In this document: positions 48,596 to 58,040 of the stretch, one piece after another
Layout: the number at the start of each line of letters is the position of its first letter
How positions within the stretch are numbered: position 1 is the stretch's first letter
Source: Nostoc sp.
GTDB lineage: Bacteria > Cyanobacteriota > Cyanobacteriia > Cyanobacteriales > Nostocaceae
DNA length: 64,000 bases
NCBI RefSeq assembly: GCF_036917615.1
Contig: NZ_JBALCZ010000040.1
Span: forward strand, 80,292-144,291
Direction of reading: 5' to 3'
Notes under the pieces: generated by a model
What the model was told of the DNA's origin: nothing
Databases searched by the model: none
What the model saw: the letters and a program-made list of their open reading frames with translations, nothing else
Made by a program: the position numbers and the translations under genes

Positions 48596-48652
48596 TGTGC
48601 TACTTTGCAAATCATTGCCTTTTTTGGATGCTTTGTGTATGGTGTACACTTT

Positions 48653-48752
48653 GACCTCTCTCCAAACCTCTCTCCTTTTAGGAGAGAGGCTTTGAATCTT
48701 ACTCCCCTTCCTTTGTAGGGAAGGGGCTGGGGGTTAGGTCTGTATTGGACTA
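48653..48752. repeat. About 100-bp double-hairpin dispersed repeat, copy 1
   Basis: ctctcctTTTAggagagag and ccccttccTTTGTAgggaagggg stems. Near-identical copy at 55244. Confidence 0.85.
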
Positions 48753-48775
48753 CCGTGAAAGCGGCGTCCACGCTT

Positions 48776-49180
48776 CTATAATTGCCTTGTCTCCGCTGGA
48801 GGCGCATCCCAGTTGTTGTTACGGCCATCAGCAAATCGAATGGGCGCTTCAATGAGTTCCGTTGGTTCGGCGTTGTCAAGGGCAGCCAATTGGACTGAAA
48901 CGTAGTCACCGCCAATCTCTTCAACGTGCCCACGAGCAAACGATCGCACGCCGCAGTGCTTGCAAAAGAGATGATGTCCAACTTTTAGATTGAACTGGTA
49001 GTCGCTCAAGTCGCCCTCGCCGGATAGCAATCGGAATGCGCTGGGCTTGATGATTGCGTTCCAATTCCGCGTTTTCGTGCAGATTGAGCAGTTACATTTG
49101 TTTGTACCCAAGCTCAGGTCGATGTCGGCTTCAAATCGAACTGCGCCACAATGGCAGCTTCCAATAAAGGTTTTGAGCAT
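48776..49180 (-). CDS. GFA/CENP-V-family zinc protein (glutathione-dependent formaldehyde-activating-like)
   Basis: Motifs [14 protein letters not shown] and FCKHCG. Start placed at the internal MLKTF. Confidence 0.8.
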   Translation of the reverse strand: MLKTFIGSCHCGAVRFEADIDLSLGTNKCNCSICTKTRNWNAIIKPSAFRLLSGEGDLSDYQFNLKVGHHLFCKHCGVRSFARGHVEEIGGDYVSVQLAALDNAEPTELIEAPIRFADGRNNNWDAPPAETRQL

Positions 49181-49455
49181 CACAATTTCCCAAGAGATTG
49201 TTGTCCGAAAAACGTACAGGCTTTTGTATAGTGACAAATTAAATGGCGTCGAAACAAATTCGTGTCATCAAGCTGGGTCTTACCCCCTTTTAGGCTTGCA
49301 ACAATTTGTGTTGATGCCTGTAAGTTTTCTGTGCTGATTCTAGTCTGAATGCTAGAGATTCCAGCCTTCACACCCTTGATGAAACTAATTTGGCACAGCG
49401 ACAAATAAAGAGTCTACTGGATAAGTGAGTAAGTCCTAGTAATCTCTTGCAACTT

Positions 49456-49518
49456 GATTGTATCGACTGACAATGCCATTGTATCGACTGACAATGCGAT
49501 TGTATTGACTTGCTACAC
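49456..49518. repeat. Three tandem 21-bp units, each with internal dyad symmetry (CATTGT..ACAATG)
   Basis: gattgtatcgactgacaatgc / cattgtatcgactgacaatgc / gattgtattgacttgctacac. Confidence 0.85.
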
Positions 49519-49569
49519 TTGCCTAATGAGTATGATCTGGTCACGCCCCTGTTAAATGCCATCACTCAA

Positions 49570-51267
49570 TCACTCCGGTAATCTCTTTAACGCCTCCCGT
49601 GCGATCGCCCCCCAATATTCATCCTCATACTCAACATATATCTCCAAGGCTGTCTGCAAATTAACCCTCGCCTCTGCGTAGTTTTCTTCTGCTTCTGCAA
49701 GCGTTCCTAATTGACCGTAGGTACTGGCTTGGGAATAGCTATCACCAAATTCGATATCGATTGCCAAAGCTTGTTGGTAATTGCGCCGCGCTTCTTCAAA
49801 TTCAAACAAATTTTGGGCAACTCTTCCCAACTCGTGGTAGGTGTCAGCTTGAGAATAGCGATCGCCAAATTCGATATTGATTGCCAAAGCTTGTTGGTAA
49901 TTGCGCCGCGCCTCTTCAAATTCCCGTAAATCTTGGGCAACATATCCCAACTGGTGGTAGGTGTCAGCTTGCGAATAGCGATCGTCAAATTCAATGAAGA
50001 TTGCCAAAGCTTGTTGGTAATTGTACCGCGCCTCCTCAAATTCATCCAATTCTTGGGCAACTCTTCCCAACTGGTGATAGGTGTCAGCTTGCGAGTAGCG
50101 ATCGTCAAATTCGATGAAGATTGCGAAAGCTTGTTGGTAATTGCGCCGCGCCTCTTCAAATTCTCGCAATTTTTGGGCAACCATTCCCAACTGGTGGTAT
50201 GTGTCAGCTTGTGAATAGCGATCACCTATTTGTTGTTCAATTTCTAAACGCTGTTGATAAAAAGTTGTCGCCTGTGTAAATTGTCTCAATTCCAAGTAAG
50301 CATTACCAAGTTTCAACAAAGCAGCAATTTCGCCGCGAGGATTCTGAAGTTGCTGTGAAATACTTAAAGATTTTTGATAATAAGCGATCGCTCTATCAAA
50401 TTGCCTTTGCTGAGAATAAGAATCTCCTAATGTATTGAGGACTTCAGCATGGAAGGTGGAATCTGGAAACTCACTAGCTATTTTTTCAGCTTCTTCTAAA
50501 TATTCTCTAGCTTTGATAGGTTCTATCTTACTTAGATACGCGACTCCTAGCTGATGCAAAATATTACTACAGTTGCGGAGGTTTTCTCCTGTCGGATTAT
50601 GTCCAGTAGGTTTATATTCCATTAGCAGGCGGTGTAATAAATCGATTCGCTCTTGCTTTTCTGAAGGTTCTAATCTGTTTATAATTCTCTCAGTAGTTTG
50701 AGCCTCATTAATCGCATAATCTTTAGTAATTTGAGGTGTTTTAAACCGAAATATACCCGATTGCCAAGCCCAAAAATCAGGAGCAAATTTGGCTAACCGA
50801 GTCAGGGCATAATCTGGCAGAATAAACAGAATCGGATGAGGAACAGTTCTTTTATAAGCATCTCGGACAAAGTTGAGGTCTTGTAAAACTGGCGGATAGT
50901 CTCCATAAACGCCAATAGACTTTTCTAAACCTTGTATAATCAAGACTAATTTTCTGTTAGATTCTATCTCAATAGTTGGTAATATCTTGATAATTTCATC
51001 CCGGAGAAATCGCAAATTTGCATCAGAAAAACTCAGACTAACAAACTGAATATGCCGACACTCAGGATTTGTCTTTAGCGCCTCAACTAATATTTTTACA
51101 TCTGGGGGAAAATTAATTTCCACAAAACCAATCGTAAACTTTTCTGCAAAGTCTACAAAGGTGAGTAATTGAGCAAATATCTCTTGATTAAGGGCGATAA
51201 ACGGCCCGATTTCTGAACTAAGGTTGCGCTGCGAGTGCGGATGCGAGGGCTTTCTGGAAGAATTCAT
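49570..51267 (-). CDS. TPR-repeat protein with an uncharacterised N-terminal domain of about 180 aa
   Basis: 565 aa. The C-terminal two thirds are TPR units. The start overlaps the upstream ATPase gene by 50 nt. Confidence 0.8.
   Translation of the reverse strand: MNSSRKPSHPHSQRNLSSEIGPFIALNQEIFAQLLTFVDFAEKFTIGFVEINFPPDVKILVEALKTNPECRHIQFVSLSFSDANLRFLRDEIIKILPTIEIESNRKLVLIIQGLEKSIGVYGDYPPVLQDLNFVRDAYKRTVPHPILFILPDYALTRLAKFAPDFWAWQSGIFRFKTPQITKDYAINEAQTTERIINRLEPSEKQERIDLLHRLLMEYKPTGHNPTGENLRNCSNILHQLGVAYLSKIEPIKAREYLEEAEKIASEFPDSTFHAEVLNTLGDSYSQQRQFDRAIAYYQKSLSISQQLQNPRGEIAALLKLGNAYLELRQFTQATTFYQQRLEIEQQIGDRYSQADTYHQLGMVAQKLREFEEARRNYQQAFAIFIEFDDRYSQADTYHQLGRVAQELDEFEEARYNYQQALAIFIEFDDRYSQADTYHQLGYVAQDLREFEEARRNYQQALAINIEFGDRYSQADTYHELGRVAQNLFEFEEARRNYQQALAIDIEFGDSYSQASTYGQLGTLAEAEENYAEARVNLQTALEIYVEYEDEYWGAIAREALKRLPE
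49690..50235. repeat. About 4.5 tandem 120-bp units (40-aa modules) inside the TPR gene
   Basis: gcttgttggtaattgcgccgcgc recurs at 49769, 49889 and 50129, with one mismatch at 50009. agcgatc recurs at 49856, 49976, 50096 and 50216. The encoded unit is DRYSQADTYHQLGxVAQxLxEFEEARRNYQQALAIxIEF. Confidence 0.9.
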
Positions 51268-52561
51268 TTTGCTTCACCACTGGATTGGGGTAATTCCATC
51301 GTTTATCGCCGTTGTATTCCAAAACTGAAGTGTTGAACAGCATTAACTGACCAATATCATCTTTGCTGACATTCTTGGTTATACACACTTGGGCTAAAAA
51401 CGCATAATGTTCTTCAGGAATAAACCTTTCAAAACTAAATTGCTGTTGTTTCACAGCATACATAATATCTTCGGCAATAATTTTGGGATGTTTACGAGTA
51501 CTAGCAGTTTGGCAAGCAGTCCGCATCATCTGCATTAATTGGCGGACATGTCCTCCACTGGCTTTGGCTAAATCTAGCAATTCCTGGCGAGATTCAAATA
51601 CAGCATCAATATCTACGCGCTTTTCAATGACGCTGGCAACTGCTTCTAGTCCCGTTTGATTGTAGTTTAAATGGCAGCGATCGCGTTCAAATTCATAAAT
51701 ATTCACCATTGGGACAATATGAGGATTACCATCAAACTGATTGAGTGGGTTTTTAGGCGAACAAAGCACAGAAATTGGAACTGTATAAATTATCGTGCAG
51801 TCTAATTCTTGTAACTGAGCCGCATAGTCAAAAAATAAATGTTCTGCAATTGTCGGTGGTACACGATCCATGTTATCAAAAATAATCAATAAACCCTTAC
51901 ATTGAGGTAATTTTTTTCGGAGTTTAACATAGGCATCTCCTAATAAAAGGTTAATATCTGCTTTGAGACGTGATAGGTCTTTTTCTAAAGTTTGGCGAAT
52001 AGTAGTTTTTTGCTTATCAGAACCTTTAATTTGTGCCAGTAATTTGACCATCAATTTAGCGATAAATGGAGCTTCTGGTTTCAGAGTCGCTTCTCCCTGA
52101 ATACTGACAGACTTTTCTACAGTTTCTTCTGTTTCTTTAGTAATATCCTTAAACCAAGATTCAAAGTTTTCTAAAAGTTGAGGATCAAATTTTAAACCTA
52201 ATTTACGCAACTCAAATTCTACTTGCTTGATGACGATTAAATATAAATCTGTATAATTAGCATCATTAATATCTGTTTCTTCGTTCACTTCTAAATAAAT
52301 TACGTGGTATTGTTTTTCCCATTGGTTCTGAATGCGTTTTAACTCTGTACTTTTGCCACAGCCGCGATGTCCGGTAAACAAAATTGTGCTGAAATCTGCG
52401 GGTTCTTGAAAGTCTAAAATCGTACTAACGCTGTCAATTGCTGAAGTTTTGCGGACTGCTGATAAATCAACATAGTAACGCTCCATGTCTGCACCCTCTA
52501 GCGGTTCAACATTACAAACTTGAAATGCAGCTTTGAGAGTATTAGCACGCTGGTGATTCAT
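51218..52561 (-). CDS. STAND/ORC-Cdc6-like P-loop ATPase
   Basis: 447 aa with Walker A GHRGCGKST, Walker B LLIIFDNMD, a GGHVRQL helical region and a winged-helix-like C-terminus. Confidence 0.75.
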   Translation of the reverse strand: MNHQRANTLKAAFQVCNVEPLEGADMERYYVDLSAVRKTSAIDSVSTILDFQEPADFSTILFTGHRGCGKSTELKRIQNQWEKQYHVIYLEVNEETDINDANYTDLYLIVIKQVEFELRKLGLKFDPQLLENFESWFKDITKETEETVEKSVSIQGEATLKPEAPFIAKLMVKLLAQIKGSDKQKTTIRQTLEKDLSRLKADINLLLGDAYVKLRKKLPQCKGLLIIFDNMDRVPPTIAEHLFFDYAAQLQELDCTIIYTVPISVLCSPKNPLNQFDGNPHIVPMVNIYEFERDRCHLNYNQTGLEAVASVIEKRVDIDAVFESRQELLDLAKASGGHVRQLMQMMRTACQTASTRKHPKIIAEDIMYAVKQQQFSFERFIPEEHYAFLAQVCITKNVSKDDIGQLMLFNTSVLEYNGDKRWNYPNPVVKQNEFFQKALASALAAQP

Positions 52562-53302
52562 TGGGTTTTGACTAACTTTATAAATATGACTTTCTCAATC
52601 TTAAATTTTAGGCGATCGCAGTGCGATTTTACATCTGATCAAAGTTTACTTCTTGATACTACATCGTAATATGTTATACATAAATCAACTAAATAACGAT
52701 ATAACCTAAAAAATTTTTACCGGATGGCTGCGATCGCGCTATCTTGAAAAATGAACTTTCAAGTATGTAAAACTGATGAAAGGCTAAAATCCATATATAT
52801 ATAGATATATATCATCAACGAACAGCATGAAAATAAATTAATTGTCTTGATTGAGGATGTTTCCGATAGGCTAGTACCGCAAGGCGGAAGTCACTCATTC
52901 AAAAGTCACTCATTCAAAAGTATTATGGAATAAGCTCTTTAGGGCTTTTCAATGGTCTATTTATTTACGCCGTGCTGTACTAGTTTTAAAGCAAAACTTA
53001 GCACAGCAAGCCAATGAAATAAATCTGCTATCAAGCAATACACTTGGGTTAAGGATTATTTGTAGTTGGGTTGAACCTAGACGCCGGAGGCGGCTTAAGG
53101 CAGGTAGTGAAACCCAACAAACCACGAAAAATGTTGGGTTTTGTTCCTCAAACGCCACTTGCTAAAGAGCGGGAAAGCTAAGAGCGAACAACTCTTGGAA
53201 AATACGCAACGCAGTGGCTCCCCAACCTACGCTGGTTTTGGTTTTTGGCTTTAACCCAAGCGTATTGTGCTATCAAGTACTTTAATTTTATACAAAAATT
53301 AC

Positions 53303-55207
53303 ATGGATCAAGTAATTACTGCAATGGCAGATGCTTTGTTTTTAACCAATAATTTAGGAAAAATCAAAAAAGTAAATCGTGCTGCTCAACAATTATTTGG
53401 TTTTAGTGAAGAAGAATTAATTAATCAACCAATATCACTGATAATTGATGATGATCAAGGATTAATCCCAGCCATTCACCAGCATTCTTCTTTTCAGAAA
53501 GATTTTCCGAATTTCGAGGTAGTTTGTCGAACCAAGACAAGAGAAAAGCGGCTAATTGCTTTTTCTTGTTCAGTAATTCCGAAAAAAATAAAAGGATTAG
53601 AAGATATTGTCTATATTGGTCGGGATATTACTGCTCGGCAGCAGCGGGAACAGCGTACAAGTACCCAGTATGCTATCACTCATATATTATCAGAATCCGA
53701 GAGTGTAAAGCAGGTAATTCCGCAAATTTTGCAGTCGATTTGTCAAAACTTGGGATGGGATTTAGGCGAACTTTGGACACCAAGTCAATATATTGGCACT
53801 TCGGTACCGAGACACAGCATCAATGCAGTACTAAGGTGTGTGGAAATTTGGTCAAGTCGAGTAATTTCTATCCGAGAGTTTAAAGCAATCACCTGGCAAA
53901 CTACCTATACACCCGGTGTTGGCTTACCTGGTCGAATTTGGATCAGACGTTTGCCCTTGTGGATTCAAGATATCACAGAAGATGGAGACAAAAGGCGATC
54001 GCAACCTGCTGCTGAGGCGGGATTGCACGCAGCTTTTGGCTTCCCCATCTTAGAGGATAGTGAAATCTTAGGAGTGATGGTTTTCTTTAGCCGGGAGGTA
54101 CAACCAAAAGATAAAGACCTATTGCAAATGGTGGGTTCTATTGGTAGTCAAATCGCCCAGTTTATTAAACGTAAACAAGCTTTATATGCTCTTGTAGAAA
54201 GTGAAGAACAATATCGAGATTTATTTGAAAATGCTAATGATCTGATTCAATCCGTCAATGCCTATGGTCGTTTTTTGTATGTCAATCGTGCATGGCGAGA
54301 AACTTTGGGATATAGTGAAGCTGAAATTGCAAATATGACTGTTTTTGATATTATACATCCAGACTTTAAACAAGACTGTTGGCAAAGGTTTTATCGCGTG
54401 CTGTCAGGAGAAAAGTTCGAGCAAGTAATAGTCGCATTCGTTACTAAAGACGGTAAAACAATCTTTCTAGAAAGTAATATTAACTGTAAATTTGTCGAAG
54501 GTCATCCAGTTGCGGTTCGCGGCATTTTTCGCAATGTCACCCAGCGACTAGCAGTAGAAGAAGCGCTGCACCATCATCAAGAAGAAACCGAACGTTTATT
54601 GCTGAATATTTTGCCAGCCGCAATCTCCAAACCCTTGAACGAAGAACCAGCTAACATTGCCGAAGATTTTGCTGATATCACAGTTTTATTTGCAGATATT
54701 GTCGGCTTTACCGAAATTGCTGCTTCTGTGAGTGCAATTCAAGTGGTAAACTTACTAAACTCGATTTTCTCAGCCTTAGATCGCCTCGCCGAGCAATATA
54801 GTTTAGAGAAAATCAAGACGATTAACGATGCTTATATGGTAGTTGGTGGCTTATCCACACGCCGCCTAGATCATGCCCAAGCGATCGCCCAAATGGCACT
54901 GCACATGCAAACTGCGATCGCTCTATTTAATACTGAGAATAACCAAAACTTCAGCATCCGTATCGGCATCCATAGCGGTTCCGTAGTGGCGGGAGTAATT
55001 GACCTCAACAAGTTTACTTATGATCTTTGGGGAGACACGGTAAACATCGCTAGCTGTATGGAATTCCAAGGTATTATTGGTAAAATCCAGGTTACAGAAG
55101 ATACTTATAAGTGTTTGTGTGATCAATTTTTATTTGAAAAGCGGGGCGAAATCGAACTTCAAGGCAAAGGGAAAATAACAACTTATTTCTTGATTGGGCA
55201 AAAGTGA
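53303..55207 (+). CDS. PAS-GAF-PAS class III adenylate cyclase homologue
   Basis: Cyclase motifs VLFADIVGFTE, KTINDAYMVVGG, YDLWGDTVN. Start placed at the ATG (MDQVITA) rather than the GTG at 53267. Confidence 0.85.
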   Translation: MDQVITAMADALFLTNNLGKIKKVNRAAQQLFGFSEEELINQPISLIIDDDQGLIPAIHQHSSFQKDFPNFEVVCRTKTREKRLIAFSCSVIPKKIKGLEDIVYIGRDITARQQREQRTSTQYAITHILSESESVKQVIPQILQSICQNLGWDLGELWTPSQYIGTSVPRHSINAVLRCVEIWSSRVISIREFKAITWQTTYTPGVGLPGRIWIRRLPLWIQDITEDGDKRRSQPAAEAGLHAAFGFPILEDSEILGVMVFFSREVQPKDKDLLQMVGSIGSQIAQFIKRKQALYALVESEEQYRDLFENANDLIQSVNAYGRFLYVNRAWRETLGYSEAEIANMTVFDIIHPDFKQDCWQRFYRVLSGEKFEQVIVAFVTKDGKTIFLESNINCKFVEGHPVAVRGIFRNVTQRLAVEEALHHHQEETERLLLNILPAAISKPLNEEPANIAEDFADITVLFADIVGFTEIAASVSAIQVVNLLNSIFSALDRLAEQYSLEKIKTINDAYMVVGGLSTRRLDHAQAIAQMALHMQTAIALFNTENNQNFSIRIGIHSGSVVAGVIDLNKFTYDLWGDTVNIASCMEFQGIIGKIQVTEDTYKCLCDQFLFEKRGEIELQGKGKITTYFLIGQK

Positions 55208-55243
55208 GAAAAGGGGAGTGGAGAGTGGTGCATATAGCGATCT

Positions 55244-55344
55244 GACCTCACTTCCATTCCTCTCTCCTTTTAGGAGAGAGGCTTTGAATCTTACTCCCCT
55301 TCCCTATAAGGGAAGGGGTTGGGGGTTAGGTCTCTATTGGACTC
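55244..55344. repeat. About 100-bp double-hairpin dispersed repeat, copy 2
   Basis: Same two stems as copy 1, in the same orientation, again between convergent genes. Confidence 0.85.
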
Positions 55345-55378
55345 AACCCAGAAGCGCTATATTAAAATTCCCTACTCC

Positions 55379-56554
55379 CTAATTAGCATTCGGAATCAGC
55401 CGACCACAGGGATAAGTCGCTGTTTGCTTTTGGGCACTTTGGGACACTGCTGCTGGAACCTGATCCGATGGTTGGGTTTTGGCTGCTAGATAGTCTTTTT
55501 GCAGTTTCTCCAAAATGGCTTCTCGCCTGTCGTACACACGCTTCAGGGGACGAGGCTGGCACTTGTTCAAGACGTATGCTGTCACCAGTGGTAGAGCGAT
55601 CGTGCTATCGGTATAACAAACAATTGCGTTAGGTAACTCTTCCGGGTCAATCTTCCCCCAGCTGACGGCTTCCGATGGGGTTGCACCAGACAAACCGCCT
55701 GTATCTGGACGCGCATCGGTAAACTGCACAAAGTAATCGTGTCCTCGTTCTTCAAGTCCCAATACTTCGTGAAGTTGCGGTTGGGTTTGTAGCAAAAAGT
55801 TTTTAGGACTACCGCCACCGAGAATTACAGCCGCACTTTTACCTCCTGATTCACGGGCATTATATGCGATCGCAGCCGTCTCATTTACGTCAATTGATGG
55901 ATCTAACACCAACTGCGAACCTTCCAAAGCCAAAGCCGCCACGTTCATCCCAATTGAGCTATCTCCTGGAGAAGACGTATAAATCGGTACGCCATACTCA
56001 TAAGCTGTAGCAAGCAAGCAAGAATGCTGCACACCCAGCTGCTTTTCTACTTCTCGAACATACTTACCCAGTAAATAGTGAAACTCAGCAGTTCCCATCC
56101 GCTTCTGAAATGCTTCCCCTTGCAGAATCTTGCGGATGAACGCATCAGTTTCCAGCAGCACATCGTAACCAAAGATAATGTCATAAATGCGAATAGTGCC
56201 TTCCTGGCGCAGTTTCACATCATCCAAAAACGGATTACCAGCAAAGAGTTCAAAACCCAAACCGTAGTGCATATCGTGGTAAAGATTTGCACCAGTGCTA
56301 ATCATCCAGTCAATAAAGCCGTTGCGAATTAAGGGTGCAAGTGCTGAAACCCCAAATCCGGCTGGTGTCATCGCACCCGAAAGGCTAACTCCCACCGTGA
56401 CACCTGCCGTTAGCACATCGCGACTCAGAAGTTGGCAGATTTCCCGCAAACGTGCCGAGTTGTAAGCGGTGAAGTATTGATCAATCAAATCCACCACATT
56501 GATATCATTTGATATGGGTGTCGGTGCGATTTTTTGACCCAGCTGTTTAGACAT
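55379..56554 (-). CDS. Deoxyhypusine-synthase-like protein
   Basis: 391 aa with family pattern [10 protein letters not shown] and the length and order of conserved blocks. Confidence 0.8.
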   Translation of the reverse strand: MSKQLGQKIAPTPISNDINVVDLIDQYFTAYNSARLREICQLLSRDVLTAGVTVGVSLSGAMTPAGFGVSALAPLIRNGFIDWMISTGANLYHDMHYGLGFELFAGNPFLDDVKLRQEGTIRIYDIIFGYDVLLETDAFIRKILQGEAFQKRMGTAEFHYLLGKYVREVEKQLGVQHSCLLATAYEYGVPIYTSSPGDSSIGMNVAALALEGSQLVLDPSIDVNETAAIAYNARESGGKSAAVILGGGSPKNFLLQTQPQLHEVLGLEERGHDYFVQFTDARPDTGGLSGATPSEAVSWGKIDPEELPNAIVCYTDSTIALPLVTAYVLNKCQPRPLKRVYDRREAILEKLQKDYLAAKTQPSDQVPAAVSQSAQKQTATYPCGRLIPNAN

Positions 56555-56926
56555 TTTGGCACTCCCGAACAGTAAACACGCCGAATCTAATGTTATCTAG
56601 CTTTCAACCAAAGTGACAGCAATTTAACTAGTACAGCGGGCGCGTAAATAAACCAACCATACCCTCCGGGAAGCCGCTTTGCGTCTACAAAATGGCGCAA
56701 GAGCAAGGAATATAATTCTTTTGACTTCCGCCTTACGGTACTAGCCCATTTCATCAAAAAACAGTCCGACGGCTGAGATTAAATCGTGTCACCTACCTCA
56801 ACGCCTACAATTAAAGCAATCTCACTGAAAAGAGTTTCCGAAAATATTAAATTTAATGGAAGATTTTATAGATCGAGAGAGGTGTACGCTACCTAGATGG
56901 GAATGCGTCAACAGAGGACTCAACCA

Positions 56927-57811
56927 ATGGGATATGTAATTGCTACTGCAAATATGAAAGGTGGCGTTGGTAAAACCACCCTCACTGTCAATTTAGCTAC
57001 CTGTTTAGCTAAAAATCATGGCAAGCGGGTGCTTGTCCTGGATTTAGACAGCCAAATTAGCGCCACACTCAGTTTGATGTCGCCTTTAGATTTTGCCAAG
57101 CGCCGTAAACAAAGTAAGACATTTAGGTATCTGATAGACGAAATTATCAATCCAGACCCGCAAGCAAAACTGACAATTCAGGATATCGTTCAATCCCAGG
57201 TTTGTAATCTTCCCGGACTGGATTTATTACCAGGAGATATCGACTTGTACGATGAATTTGTTGTGTCAGAAATGCTGCATAAACAAGCAACTGCTTTGGG
57301 GGAACAGGACTTTGAAACTATTTGGAATCGTTTTGAAAGAGTTCTGATTAATAACATTTTAAAATCAGTACGTCAAGAATATGATTTTATCCTTCTCGAT
57401 TGTGCCCCTGGCTATAATCTATTGACTCGTAGCGCTTTAGCCGCCAGCGACTTTTACATACTTCCTGCTAAACCAGAACCCTTATCTATAGTGGGTATTC
57501 AACTGTTGGAAAGACGGATTGCCCAATTAAAAGACAGTCACGGACATGAAACAAAAATAGATACAAAAATGCTGGGAATTGTATTTAGTATGTCCAGCGC
57601 TAACCTTCTTACTGGCAGATACTATAAACAAGTAATGCACCGCGTTGTTGAAGATTTCGGCGTAGAAAAAATTTGTAAGGTACAAATACCAGTTGATGTT
57701 AATGTTGCTAAGGCTGTTGATAGTTTTATGCCAGCTGTTTTAATTGCTCCGCAATCAGCTGGTTCAAAAGCTTTCTTTCAGTTAACTCAGGAGTTGTTGC
57801 AAAAGCTATAG
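56927..57811 (+). CDS. ParA/MinD-family P-loop ATPase
   Basis: Deviant Walker A NMKGGVGKTT. Start placed at the internal MGYVIA. Confidence 0.85.
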   Translation: MGYVIATANMKGGVGKTTLTVNLATCLAKNHGKRVLVLDLDSQISATLSLMSPLDFAKRRKQSKTFRYLIDEIINPDPQAKLTIQDIVQSQVCNLPGLDLLPGDIDLYDEFVVSEMLHKQATALGEQDFETIWNRFERVLINNILKSVRQEYDFILLDCAPGYNLLTRSALAASDFYILPAKPEPLSIVGIQLLERRIAQLKDSHGHETKIDTKMLGIVFSMSSANLLTGRYYKQVMHRVVEDFGVEKICKVQIPVDVNVAKAVDSFMPAVLIAPQSAGSKAFFQLTQELLQKL

Positions 57812-58040
57812 TCAAGTTAAACAATTCGTGAATAACATGATTTCCGACTTATTAAATAAGTTGGAAATCTGAAACTTTCGATTTTCCCAAATCAATTATA
57901 GTTACTATTTAATTGTGTGGAAAAATAAAAGGTAGTAATAAGTAAGTTATCTTTTTGCAAAATGCAGTATTTATACGCAAGCCATGTGCATTGAGATTCA
58001 GCTATTGAGTGAAAAGGCCAGTAAATTTCACTAAGAAACA

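Noticed and set aside
48391-48981. A 196-aa minus-strand ORF spanning the gap between two genes
   Set aside because: It overlaps the 3' ends of two better-supported genes and runs through the double-hairpin repeat (the PLPYKGRG peptide). The same peptide appears in the spurious ORF at 55194..55382.
49707-50225. A 172-aa minus-strand ORF in an alternative frame, plus two plus-strand ORFs (49711..49929, 49933..50214), all with internally repetitive peptides
   Set aside because: These are artefacts of the 120-bp tandem repeat in the TPR gene. The repeat keeps several frames open by chance, and the TPR frame is the only one with a recognisable fold pattern.
49690-50235. Regular repeats that at first glance could suggest a CRISPR array
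   Set aside because: The units are contiguous 120-bp coding repeats with no unique spacers, and they lie inside a long ORF. No cas genes are present in the window. The 21-bp units at 49456 also lack spacers.
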